From a virus (taxonomy: Duplodnaviria; Heunggongvirae; Uroviricota; Caudoviricetes), in the IMG/VR virus record IMGVR_UViG_2623620502_000008: a stretch of 39,935 bases of DNA. One strand, written 5' to 3'. Both the position numbers and the translations under genes were made by a program. Position 1 is the stretch's first letter. The number at the start of each line of letters is the position of its first letter. Positions 9,142-17,587 of this stretch are shown here, in pieces. Below the pieces are notes generated by a model. That model did not search any database and was not told the origin of the DNA. It worked only from the letters and a program-made list of their open reading frames with translations.

Positions 9142-9438
9142 ATGCTGACGAAAGAACCATCATTTGCATCGCTGCTGGTAAAACAAAGCCCGGCAATGCA
9201 CTACGGTCACGGCTGGATCACGGGTGAGGATGGAAAACGCTGGCATCCATGTCATTCACAAGATGAATTGCTGTCTGAATTGACCACGAGGAAACGGAGA
9301 AAGTCCAAATGTATGGGGCAGAAAGTGAAGTGGTTTATCAGTTTCGTTACAGAGGGGAGAGTTATTCAGTACCTGAAGATGATTTGCTCTGTTGCTATCC
9401 GTCATTGTCGGGCGATGGCAGTTACTTTTTCACGTTAA
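9142..9438 (+). CDS. small early phage protein (hypothetical); 3' part overlaps next ORF in another frame, true stop uncertain
   Basis: ATG at 9142 directly after cII; first ~55 residues look protein-like, remainder overlaps 9309..9533. Confidence 0.3.
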   Translation: MLTKEPSFASLLVKQSPAMHYGHGWITGEDGKRWHPCHSQDELLSELTTRKRRKSKCMGQKVKWFISFVTEGRVIQYLKMICSVAIRHCRAMAVTFSR

Positions 9439-9533
9439 AGGATGGGACGTTTTTACGGGGAGAGCAGGTTAAAGAGACGATACGAAAAAATGTATCTCCT
9501 CTTGAGCGTTACCGTAAGAACAAAGAACGATAG
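9309..9533 (+). CDS. small early phage protein (hypothetical)
   Basis: 74-aa ORF with protein-like composition (YFFTLKDGTFLRGEQV). Confidence 0.35.
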   Translation: MYGAESEVVYQFRYRGESYSVPEDDLLCCYPSLSGDGSYFFTLKDGTFLRGEQVKETIRKNVSPLERYRKNKER

Positions 9534-9555
9534 CTGCGTTTGGGGGATATGAAGT

Positions 9556-9897
9556 ATGGCAATTAATGGCGCTGCAGCAACTGTTCCATTAAGCCCCGGT
9601 GAACGTCTGAATGGACTTAATCACATTGCGGAGTTAAGGGCGAAAGTTTTTGGCCTGAATATTGAGTCAGAGCTTGAGCGGTTTATTAAAGATATGCGTG
9701 ATCCACGGGATATCAATAATGAACAAAATAAACGGGCACTGGCTGCCATATTCTTTATGGCAAAAATTCCAGCTGAACGTCATAGCATCAGCATTAATGA
9801 GCTGACCACTGACGAAAAGCGGGAGCTGATTAAAGCAATGAATCATTTTCGTGCAGTGGTGAGCTTATTTCCCAGACGGCTAACCATGCCGAATTAA
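9556..9897 (+). CDS. hypothetical early phage protein
   Basis: 113-aa ORF in early operon, co-oriented, phage-like GC. Confidence 0.45.
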   Translation: MAINGAAATVPLSPGERLNGLNHIAELRAKVFGLNIESELERFIKDMRDPRDINNEQNKRALAAIFFMAKIPAERHSISINELTTDEKRELIKAMNHFRAVVSLFPRRLTMPN

Positions 9898-9964
9898 CCA
9901 ACTAATGAAATTAATGGCGTAAACCCGCCGGGCATCCCTTTATCTAAATTCAGGAGAATTGATT

Positions 9965-10198
9965 ATGCGTAATATTGAAACCATCACGACTAAAACCGGA
10001 CCGGATGATGCAGGGCTTAATATTTTACTGACAGAGGCTCGTCTGGAAGAACGCCGGGCAAGGGCTGAAGCAATGGCAGCTCGCCTTGATAGCCTGGCGT
10101 GTCATATCACATCCCGCCAACTAAACCACGTCGAAGCGGCAGAACTGCTGCGTGTGACTGCTGAAGCAATCCAGAACGAAGCGCAGGAGATCCACTGA
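9965..10198 (+). CDS. hypothetical early phage protein
   Basis: ATG at 9965 preceded by caggagaa RBS (ORF track starts at a TTG at 9959). Confidence 0.45.
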   Translation: MRNIETITTKTGPDDAGLNILLTEARLEERRARAEAMAARLDSLACHITSRQLNHVEAAELLRVTAEAIQNEAQEIH

Positions 10199-10425
10199 TG
10201 GCTGATGCAATGGATCTCGTACAGCAGCGAGTTGAAGAAGAACGCCAACGTCATATCCGTGCTGCCCGTGCCAAAACGCCGGGCGTGTCCCGCGTGCTTT
10301 GCGTTGAGTGTGAAGCGCCAATTCCGCCAGCACGCCGCCGTGCCATTCCGGGTGTGCAGCTTTGCATTACCTGTCAGGAAATCGCAGAGCTGAAAGGCAA
10401 ACATTACAACGGAGGTGCTGTATGA
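10198..10425 (+). CDS. TraR/DksA-family C4 zinc-finger protein
   Basis: 75-aa ORF with CVEC-x17-CITC four-cysteine arrangement near the C-terminus. Confidence 0.65.
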   Translation: MADAMDLVQQRVEEERQRHIRAARAKTPGVSRVLCVECEAPIPPARRRAIPGVQLCITCQEIAELKGKHYNGGAV

Positions 10426-11279
10426 GCACCATCCTGAAATGGGCGGGAAATAAAACCGCCATTATGTCCGAACTGAAAAAACACCTTCCTGCTGGCCCGC
10501 GACTGGTTGAACCTTTCGCGGGTTCCTGTGCTGTGATGATGGAGACGGATTACCCCAGCTATCTGGTTGCGGATATTAATCCTGATTTAATCAACCTCTA
10601 TAAAAAGGTTGCCTCTGATTGTGAATCGTTTATATCTCGCGCCAGAGTTTTATTTGAGATCGCAAACAGGGGGGTGGCTTATTACAACATAAGGCAGGAG
10701 TTTAATTACTCCACTGAAATTACTGATTTCATGAAAGCGGTATATTTCCTGTATCTCAATCGTCACGGTTACCGTGGTTTATGTCGCTATAACAAGAGCG
10801 GGCATTTCAACATTCCCTACGGTAATTATAAAAATCCGTATTTCCCTGAAAAAGAAATTCGCGCATTTGCAGAGAAAGCCCAGCGTGCAACGTTTATCTG
10901 CGCAAGCTTTGATGAAACGCTGGCGATGCTGCAGGTGGGGGATGTGGTGTATTGCGATCCGCCGTATGACGGTACGTTTTCCGGCTATCACACTGATGGT
11001 TTCACTGAAGATGACCAGTATCACCTGGCATCCGTTCTTGAACATCGGTCATCAGAAGGACATCCGGTCATTGTTTCTAACAGTGATACATCCCTGATCC
11101 GTTCGCTGTATCGCAATTTTACTCACCACTACATCAAGGCAAAACGCAGCATCGGTGTAGCAGCTGGTGAGAGTAAATCTGCAACAGAAATCATCGCTGT
11201 TTCCGGGCCGCGCTGCTGGGTGGGATTTGATCCTTCGCGTGGCGTGGATAGTTCTGCCGTGTACGGAGTGCGTGCATGA
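10422..11279 (+). CDS. dam: DNA adenine methyltransferase (Dam-like, N6-A MTase)
   Basis: Begins [11 protein letters not shown] (AdoMet-binding motif of Dam-class enzymes) and contains the catalytic DPPY tetrapeptide ([10 protein letters not shown]). Confidence 0.85.
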   Translation: MSTILKWAGNKTAIMSELKKHLPAGPRLVEPFAGSCAVMMETDYPSYLVADINPDLINLYKKVASDCESFISRARVLFEIANRGVAYYNIRQEFNYSTEITDFMKAVYFLYLNRHGYRGLCRYNKSGHFNIPYGNYKNPYFPEKEIRAFAEKAQRATFICASFDETLAMLQVGDVVYCDPPYDGTFSGYHTDGFTEDDQYHLASVLEHRSSEGHPVIVSNSDTSLIRSLYRNFTHHYIKAKRSIGVAAGESKSATEIIAVSGPRCWVGFDPSRGVDSSAVYGVRA

Positions 11280-13690
11280 GCCATGCTGATATGAACAACT
11301 GCAGCGGCTTTAACAAGGTCGCCGCAGCATTCTCATGGAACAGCCCGAAAAAGGCCATTAACCCTTATCTGGACCCGGCGGAAGTTGCGCCGGTTTCTGC
11401 GCTTTCAAACCTGATCACTCTGTACGCTACCGATAACGAGCAGGAACAACTGCGCCGCGAGGCACTGAGTGATCAGGTCTGGGAGCGTTATTTCTTTAAT
11501 GAATCCCGTGATCCTGTCCAACGCGAAATGGAGCAGGATAAGCTCATTAGCCGGGCAAAGATGGCGCATGAGCAGCAGCGTTTTAATCCAGACATGGTCA
11601 TTCTGGCTGACGTCAACGCCCAGCCTTCCCATATCAGCAAGCCGCTGATGCAACGTATTGAATATTTCAGCAGCCTGGGCAGGCCAAAGGCTTATTCCCG
11701 CTATTTGCGTGAGACGATTAAGCCATGTCTGGAACGACTGGAGCATGTACGCGACAGCCAGCTATCTGCATCTTTTCGTTTTATGGCAAGCCATGAAGGG
11801 CTGGACGGTCTGCTGATCCTGCCTGAAATGAGTCAGGATCAGGTGAAACGCCTGTCTACCCTTGTCGCTGCGCATATGAGCATGTGTCTTGATGCCGCTT
11901 GTGGTGATTTGTACGCCTCCGATGATGTTAAGCCAGAAGAAATCCGCAAGACATGGGAAAAGGTGGCTGCAGAAACCCTGCGACTGGATGTCATACCGCC
12001 TGCGTTTGAGCAACTCCGCCGGAAAAGAAACCGCCGCAAACCTGTGCCTTATGAACTCATTCCGGGTTCGCTGGCGCGTATGCTGTGCGCCGACTGGTGG
12101 TATCGGAAATTATGGAAGATGCGTTGCGAATGGCGGGAAGAGCAGTTGCGTGCTGTCTGCCTGGTCAGCAAAAAAGCATCTCCCTATGTCAGCTATGAAG
12201 CCGTGATGCATAAACGTGAGCAGCGCCGTAAGTCGCTGGAGTTTTTCCGTTCTCATGAACTGGTGAACGAAGACGGCGACACGCTGAACATGGAGGATGT
12301 GGTAAACGCCAGCAGCAGCAACCCGGCGCATCGCCGCAACGAGATGATGGCCTGTGTTAAAGGCCTGGAGCTTATCGCGGAAATGCGTGGTGACTGCGCC
12401 GTTTTCTACACCATCACCTGTCCGTCACGTTTCCATTCCACGCTAAATAACGGCAGGCCAAACCCGACCTGGACAAACGCGACGGTAAGACAAAGCAGCG
12501 ATTATCTGGTCGGCATGTTTGCTGCATTTCGTAAGGCTATGCACAAAGCCGGGTTGCGCTGGTATGGCGTGCGGGTGGCTGAGCCGCATCATGACGGCAC
12601 AGTTCACTGGCACCTGTTGTGTTTCATGCGCAAAAAAGACCGCCGCGCCATTACTGCATTGTTGCGTAAGTTTGCCATCCGAGAAGACCGCGAGGAGCTG
12701 GGCAATAACACGGGGCCACGCTTTAAGTCTGAGCTGATAAACCCGCGCAAAGGAACGCCGACAAGCTACATTGCGAAATATATCAGTAAGAATATTGACG
12801 GGCGTGGTCTGGCTGGCGAGATCAGTAAGGAAACGGGTAAATCCCTGCGTGATAACGCTGAATACGTTAATGCCTGGGCGTCTCTGCATCGTGTTCAGCA
12901 ATTCCGCTTCTTTGGCATTCCGGGGCGTCAGGCTTACCGTGAACTGCGATTGCTGGCTGGTCAGGCGGCAAGGCAACAGGGTGACAAAAAAGCAGGTGCG
13001 CCGGTACTGGATAACCCGCGCCTTGATGCCATCCTGGCTGCTGCTGATGCTGGTTGTTTTGCCACCTACATCATGAAGCAGGGCGGCGTACTGGTTCCCC
13101 GCAAATATCACCTCATCAGAACCGCTTATGAAATCAACGAAGAGCCAACCGCCTATGGCGATCACGGTATTCGTATTTATGGCATCTGGTCACCCATTGC
13201 AGAGGGCAAGATCTGCACTCATGCAGTGAAGTGGAAAATGGTTCGTAAGGCCGTTGACGTTCAGGAGGCGGCAGCCGACCAGGGCGCTTGCGCCCCTTGG
13301 ACTCGTGGCAATAACTGTCCCCTTGCTGAAAATTTGAACCAACAAGGGAAAGACAAATCAGCTGATGGGGATACCAGGACGGACATTACCCGCATGGATG
13401 ACAAGGAGTTGCACTATTACCTGCACAGTATGAGCAAAAAAGAGCGCCGGGAACTGGCTGCAAGGTTACGCCTGGTGAAACCGAAACGGCGTAAAGACTA
13501 CAAACAGCGAATTACAGACCATCAGCGACAGCAGCTCGTCTATGAACTGAAGTCCAGAGGATTTGATGGCAGCGAGAAAGAGGTCGATTTACTCCTTCGC
13601 GGCGGCAGTATTCCGTCAGGAGCAGGCCTGCGTATCTTCTATCGGAACCAGCGTTTGCAGGAAGATGATAAGTGGCGAAACCTGTATTAA
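11276..13690 (+). CDS. A: replication initiation protein A (P2 gpA-type rolling-circle endonuclease)
   Basis: 804-aa ORF; HUH-type motif (VHWHLLCF) and downstream tyrosine motif (YIAKYISKN) as in P2 A; position after the early region. Confidence 0.85.
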   Translation: MSHADMNNCSGFNKVAAAFSWNSPKKAINPYLDPAEVAPVSALSNLITLYATDNEQEQLRREALSDQVWERYFFNESRDPVQREMEQDKLISRAKMAHEQQRFNPDMVILADVNAQPSHISKPLMQRIEYFSSLGRPKAYSRYLRETIKPCLERLEHVRDSQLSASFRFMASHEGLDGLLILPEMSQDQVKRLSTLVAAHMSMCLDAACGDLYASDDVKPEEIRKTWEKVAAETLRLDVIPPAFEQLRRKRNRRKPVPYELIPGSLARMLCADWWYRKLWKMRCEWREEQLRAVCLVSKKASPYVSYEAVMHKREQRRKSLEFFRSHELVNEDGDTLNMEDVVNASSSNPAHRRNEMMACVKGLELIAEMRGDCAVFYTITCPSRFHSTLNNGRPNPTWTNATVRQSSDYLVGMFAAFRKAMHKAGLRWYGVRVAEPHHDGTVHWHLLCFMRKKDRRAITALLRKFAIREDREELGNNTGPRFKSELINPRKGTPTSYIAKYISKNIDGRGLAGEISKETGKSLRDNAEYVNAWASLHRVQQFRFFGIPGRQAYRELRLLAGQAARQQGDKKAGAPVLDNPRLDAILAAADAGCFATYIMKQGGVLVPRKYHLIRTAYEINEEPTAYGDHGIRIYGIWSPIAEGKICTHAVKWKMVRKAVDVQEAAADQGACAPWTRGNNCPLAENLNQQGKDKSADGDTRTDITRMDDKELHYYLHSMSKKERRELAARLRLVKPKRRKDYKQRITDHQRQQLVYELKSRGFDGSEKEVDLLLRGGSIPSGAGLRIFYRNQRLQEDDKWRNLY

Positions 13691-13782
13691 TTACGCGGGT
13701 TAACAATTCGTGCTCTTAATAATACCAGGCATATCAGGCTGATGAACGTAAAAAAACGTTTTACATCAGTATGATTATTATA

Positions 13783-13802
13783 TACTGTAAATATAAACAG
13801 TG
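13783..13802. promoter_or_regulatory. LexA box (SOS operator) upstream of the Tum/DinI-like module
   Basis: TACTGTAAATATAAACAGTG = CTGT-N8-ACAG palindrome matching the LexA consensus, about 40 bp upstream of the ORF starting at 13844. Confidence 0.6.
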
Positions 13803-13843
13803 GTTATGCATACAGTATTGCTTGTGGTGTCATAGGAGGAAAG

Positions 13844-14032
13844 ATGCAGGACTATTTTTTGGAGTCTTTGAAGCTCCAGCGCATTGATTTTTTTCTTAAG
13901 CTTGTAGCGGCTAGTGAGTGTAGTGATGAAGAGAAGGGGCTGGCTTTGCAGTGGGTTTCTGAACTGACAGATGAACTCATGGCAAAAATCAGAACCCACG
14001 AATACAACCGCTCAATGGATGTCATCAGCTGA
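13844..14032 (+). CDS. small protein, possible Tum-like antirepressor (N-terminal portion equivalent)
   Basis: 62-aa ORF with aggagga RBS; LexA box upstream; followed by DinI-like ORF, the arrangement of 186-like SOS-inducible antirepressor modules. Confidence 0.4.
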   Translation: MQDYFLESLKLQRIDFFLKLVAASECSDEEKGLALQWVSELTDELMAKIRTHEYNRSMDVIS

Positions 14033-14042
14033 GGTGACTTTT

Positions 14043-14276
14043 ATGCGCATTGAAATAATGATCGATAAAGAGCAGAAGATTAGCCAGTCTACCCTGGATG
14101 CCCTTGAATCCGAGCTTTACCGCAATCTGCGCCCCCTGTATCCCAAAACGGTAATTCGTATCCGCAAAGGTAGCTCTAACGGTGTGGAACTGACCGGACT
14201 GCAACTGGACGAAGAAAGAAAACAAGTGCTGAAAATTATGCAGAAGGTGTGGGAAGACGACTGCTGGCTGCATTGA
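14043..14276 (+). CDS. DinI-family protein (Tum C-terminal-like / DinI-like)
   Basis: 77-aa ORF starting MRIEIMIDKEQ... and ending ...WEDDCWLH, resembling DinI-family proteins (MRIEV... N-terminus, acidic aromatic C-terminus); gaggtg RBS upstream. Confidence 0.7.
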   Translation: MRIEIMIDKEQKISQSTLDALESELYRNLRPLYPKTVIRIRKGSSNGVELTGLQLDEERKQVLKIMQKVWEDDCWLH

Positions 14277-14391
14277 TAGGTTTCGTTTGTAATGAGTCAT
14301 GTTTTTTGAGTCCGATAGTAGACAGCTAGAGGGATAAATGATTAATAGATAGATTAAACATAGTGATGGGCGTAAAATCGCGCGCATTTTA

Positions 14392-15306
14392 TTGGCAACG
14401 GATCTGAACTCAATGGCGGATAAGACTCAATCAGTAAGTATTGTGTATCAAGGCAAAGCTCTCGACGATCATAAGATGGATATTCTTTCGTTTGCGAAAA
14501 GTTTGCAGGGGCTAGGTGAGGCTATCTACTCTGCAAATGAGATTGTAAACGGAGGGCGAGACATTGAAGTTAACGTTGACGCTGAATTGATAGCCGGTTC
14601 CTTTGGGTTTGATATTGAGGTTGTACAACATCTAGCTAATGCTAAAGATGTTGTACAAATTTTAGGTTTGTCAGCCATTCCTTTAGCCGTTGGCGGTGCT
14701 ACAGTTTTAGAGGTTCTCAAGAAGCTTAACGGGCGTAAGATCGACATAGTCGAGAAAGCTAACGGTAGTGACAAAGTTAAGCTGAAAGTCGATGGTGAAG
14801 AGATTGTTTGCTCTGAAGATGTCGAAAAAATCGTTAATGCCCCAGAGATTCGTAAGGCTGTTGACGCGTTTGTCAGACAGCCTCTGTTACAAGATGGTAT
14901 CGACAATTTTGTGGTAAAAAAATCGCGCACCTCTAAGAAAGAAATCCTCAAAATTCATAAAGATGAGGCAGAAGAGTTTAAGTCGCCAAAAGTTCTCTTT
15001 GAAACCAAAGAAGAAGTTGACGAATTTGAAACAACCGTGACATTCGTTTCGGCGCATACTGACAAAAAAAGTGGCTGGCGTGTTGAGTTTGGCGGTGAAA
15101 AGCGCAATGTCAGAATGGAAGATAATGAGTTCATCAAGCTTGTTACTGGACCAGACGCCCCCAAAATTTTTGGCGAATTGTTTGCTGTGAAGATGAAGAA
15201 AATTGTGAAAGATTCCGGTGGCCAGGTAGACGAAAAGTTATCGATCATCAAAGTGGGTCGACACTTTGCCGCCAAAGATAGAAAAATAAAACCTGATGCG
15301 GATTAA
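14392..15306 (+). CDS. hypothetical soluble protein (cargo; first gene of 3-gene cluster)
   Basis: 304-aa Lys/Glu-rich ORF with no motif I recognise (alternative start 14413); at the position of P2 tin/old accessory genes (after A, before cos). Confidence 0.45.
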   Translation: MATDLNSMADKTQSVSIVYQGKALDDHKMDILSFAKSLQGLGEAIYSANEIVNGGRDIEVNVDAELIAGSFGFDIEVVQHLANAKDVVQILGLSAIPLAVGGATVLEVLKKLNGRKIDIVEKANGSDKVKLKVDGEEIVCSEDVEKIVNAPEIRKAVDAFVRQPLLQDGIDNFVVKKSRTSKKEILKIHKDEAEEFKSPKVLFETKEEVDEFETTVTFVSAHTDKKSGWRVEFGGEKRNVRMEDNEFIKLVTGPDAPKIFGELFAVKMKKIVKDSGGQVDEKLSIIKVGRHFAAKDRKIKPDAD

Positions 15307-15308
15307 AA

Positions 15309-15572
15309 ATGTCTATAGATATTAGTGTGTTAGGATGGTTGGGGCTGCTTGTTGCAGCTCCAGCTATATTTATAGGTGCTAGAGTGGCTATACGTAGCCT
15401 GCTCGATCGAGTTATTGTCGAAACAAAAGTTTCTATCACTTATACTGATGCAAACAAAAATGTCTATAAAACAAATATTTATATAAACAATGATGATGAG
15501 TTAATAAAGCTCATCGATGATATAGCAGAGAAAAATAAGCGTGAGAGGAAGGAGTCAGCCTCTCATGCCTGA
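15309..15572 (+). CDS. small membrane protein (single N-terminal TM helix), hypothetical
   Basis: 87-aa ORF starting 3 nt after previous stop; TM segment LGWLGLLVAAPAIFIGARVAI. Confidence 0.4.
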   Translation: MSIDISVLGWLGLLVAAPAIFIGARVAIRSLLDRVIVETKVSITYTDANKNVYKTNIYINNDDELIKLIDDIAEKNKRERKESASHA

Positions 15573-15981
15573 ACAAAAGAAAACAAGCGGTAAAGCAGTC
15601 GGTGTTACAGGTGGCGGCGGTGTAGGCCTTTTCCTAATAAAGCTGGCTAGCTTCATTACAGATCCAACATGGAAAGACCTTTACATTGCTTCAATACCGA
15701 TGGTGTCAATTCTTTTAAGCGAAGTTTTTACTTTTGCATGGACGATTTATGCTGTTGATCCGCAAGAAATCAAACTGAAAAGGCGGTTGAAGGCTCTGAA
15801 GAAGCAAGCCGAAGCAGTTTTAAATGCACCATCGTCCCCTGTTTCTCCAGAAATGCGAGAGAAAGCGCAGGCTCGTTACGACGTGATCTGTGGAATTGAA
15901 ATGGGAATTTACCCCCTCTCAATTGTAAATACGCTAGATGGAAAAGTATCCCCCACAGCGCAAACGCCGGACGTTAAATAG
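15565..15981 (+). CDS. small membrane protein (2 predicted TM helices), hypothetical
   Basis: ATG at 15565 with aggaaggag RBS, overlapping previous stop; Gly-rich then hydrophobic segments (GVGLFLIKLASFI; IPMVSILLSEVFTFAWTIYAV). Confidence 0.4.
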   Translation: MPEQKKTSGKAVGVTGGGGVGLFLIKLASFITDPTWKDLYIASIPMVSILLSEVFTFAWTIYAVDPQEIKLKRRLKALKKQAEAVLNAPSSPVSPEMREKAQARYDVICGIEMGIYPLSIVNTLDGKVSPTAQTPDVK

Positions 15982-16044
15982 CAGTTTCTACTTTGCATGT
16001 CTATGCTGCATGAAATCGCATGATCGTTTGAGGATCGTTTTTGC

Positions 16045-16073
16045 AAAAGCCCGCCAGAACTGGCGGGCTTTTG
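16045..16073. terminator. rho-independent terminator-like hairpin (A-tract/GC stem/T-tract)
   Basis: aaaagcccgccag-aa-ctggcgggcttttg, perfect 9-bp GC-rich stem flanked by A and T runs, downstream of the 3-gene cluster. Confidence 0.5.
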
Positions 16074-16117
16074 CGTAGAGCATGCATCTGCATGAAAACC
16101 ACTACATAAAGCGGGCA

Positions 16118-16136
16118 GGCGTGGCGGGGATACGAG
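16118..16136. other. candidate cos (cohesive-end) site of the prophage
   Basis: ggcgtggcggggatacgag; first 13 nt match my recollection of the P2/186 cohesive-end sequence (GGCGTGGCGGGGA...); located in the non-coding stretch between the late-accessory region and the portal side. Confidence 0.3.
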
Positions 16137-16224
16137 CGCGCGCATTGAGTTAAAATTTCTTGAGTTGATGAAAATAAGATGTATTTTAATTTGGCACAGA
16201 AAAACCTAATAACTCACAAGGATA

Positions 16225-17160
16225 ATGATAATAATGCAAATAGTTTCCATCATAAATTATAAAGGTGGCGTTGGTAAAACAACAGTTACGTCTAATTTAG
16301 CCGCTGAATTAGCATTCCGAGGAAAGAATGTTTTAGTTCTGGATATGGATGCTCAGGCAAGCCTGACATTTTCGTTTCTAACTCCCGATTATTGGGATGA
16401 ACATCTTAAAAATGAAAGGACCATTAAAAACTGGTTTGATTGTATTAGTCAGGGAGAGCAAACAATGCCTCTTTCGACTCTAAGAGTACGACCTGAACCT
16501 GTTAATAGTAGATTTGATAGAAAAGGTGGATGTTTGGATTTAATATCTTCCCACCTCGGGTTGATAAATGTTGATCTTGAGCTTGCGACTCTTCTAGGAG
16601 GGGCTAGCCCCAGTCAAACTCAAAAAAAATATCTTAAAGTTCATGGTAAACTTAGAGAGGAACTTCAAATACTAGCTGACGAAATGAATTATGATGTTGT
16701 TTTAATTGATTGTCCACCTAACTTTAATATCGTAACAAAAAATGCTTTGATTGCATCAGATAAGATTTTGATACCAGCAAAACCTGATTATTTGTCAACG
16801 CTAGGTATTGATTATTTAAAAAGAAGCGTAGATTCTCTAGTTACAGACTATAATTTCTATGCCGATAAAGATGAAGATTATGAAAGGGTATCTCCTGAGA
16901 TTCTCGGAGTAGTTTTTACTATGATTCAAATTCATTCAGAACAACCTATTGCCGCGCAAAGACAGTATATTGCGCAGACAAAACGTCTAGGTGTTCCCGT
17001 ATTTGATGCTATTTTTAGGGAGAATAAAACTATCTTTGCTGATGCCCCTAGAGATGGAATTCCTGTAGCATTAATTGGCTACTCGCATTCAACTCACTCT
17101 TCTATTGTAGGAGAGATTGAGGATTTTGTTGATGAATTCCTTCAAAAGATTGGAGAATAA
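16225..17160 (+). CDS. ParA/MinD/Soj-family P-loop ATPase (deviant Walker A)
   Basis: 311-aa ORF; NYKGGVGKTTVTSNLA deviant Walker A near N-terminus (likely start at ATG 16234), DMDAQ (A'-like) and VLIDCPP (Walker B-like); strongly AT-rich. Confidence 0.7.
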   Translation: MIIMQIVSIINYKGGVGKTTVTSNLAAELAFRGKNVLVLDMDAQASLTFSFLTPDYWDEHLKNERTIKNWFDCISQGEQTMPLSTLRVRPEPVNSRFDRKGGCLDLISSHLGLINVDLELATLLGGASPSQTQKKYLKVHGKLREELQILADEMNYDVVLIDCPPNFNIVTKNALIASDKILIPAKPDYLSTLGIDYLKRSVDSLVTDYNFYADKDEDYERVSPEILGVVFTMIQIHSEQPIAAQRQYIAQTKRLGVPVFDAIFRENKTIFADAPRDGIPVALIGYSHSTHSSIVGEIEDFVDEFLQKIGE

Positions 17161-17162
17161 AA

Positions 17163-17558
17163 GTGAGTAAAGCTAAAACTTTAACTGTGCTATTTCGTGA
17201 ATTACAAGATGCAGTTCTTGAACTCAATGAAGGGGAATTGGAAAAAATTATTTCAGGCGAGTATCAATTCGTCCTTAAGGTAGTTAAAAAACGTAATAGT
17301 ACTGGTGCAAAGATAAGTTCAGTAGATAATTTTAGCTATAACGAATTGCTTGTTTTACTTAACCAGTGTGAGTCAAGAGAACAAGGTTGCGAGCTTTTGT
17401 CGCGTGAGCTTAAGACTAAATCTGAGTTTGAAAAATTCGCTCGTCATGTCGAGGTCGCTGTAATGAAAAGCGATAAACTCGAGAAAATTAGAGATAATAT
17501 TATTGAGTCGACAGTAGGTGCTAAACTCCGTTCTGATGCTATTCAGAATAAAAAGTAA
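17163..17558 (+). CDS. hypothetical protein, partner of ParA-like ATPase (helical, charged)
   Basis: 131-aa ORF with GTG start 2 nt after ParA-like stop, ggagaa RBS; no recognisable motif. Confidence 0.45.
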   Translation: MSKAKTLTVLFRELQDAVLELNEGELEKIISGEYQFVLKVVKKRNSTGAKISSVDNFSYNELLVLLNQCESREQGCELLSRELKTKSEFEKFARHVEVAVMKSDKLEKIRDNIIESTVGAKLRSDAIQNKK

Positions 17559-17562
17559 TTAA

Positions 17563-17583
17563 TAGCCGCCAATTTGGCGGCTA
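17563..17583. terminator. bidirectional terminator-like perfect palindrome between convergent genes
   Basis: tagccgccaa-tt-tggcggcta, flanked by A-rich (left) and T-rich (right) sequence, between the 3' ends of 17163..17558 (+) and the portal gene (-). Confidence 0.5.
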
Positions 17584-17587
17584 TTTG

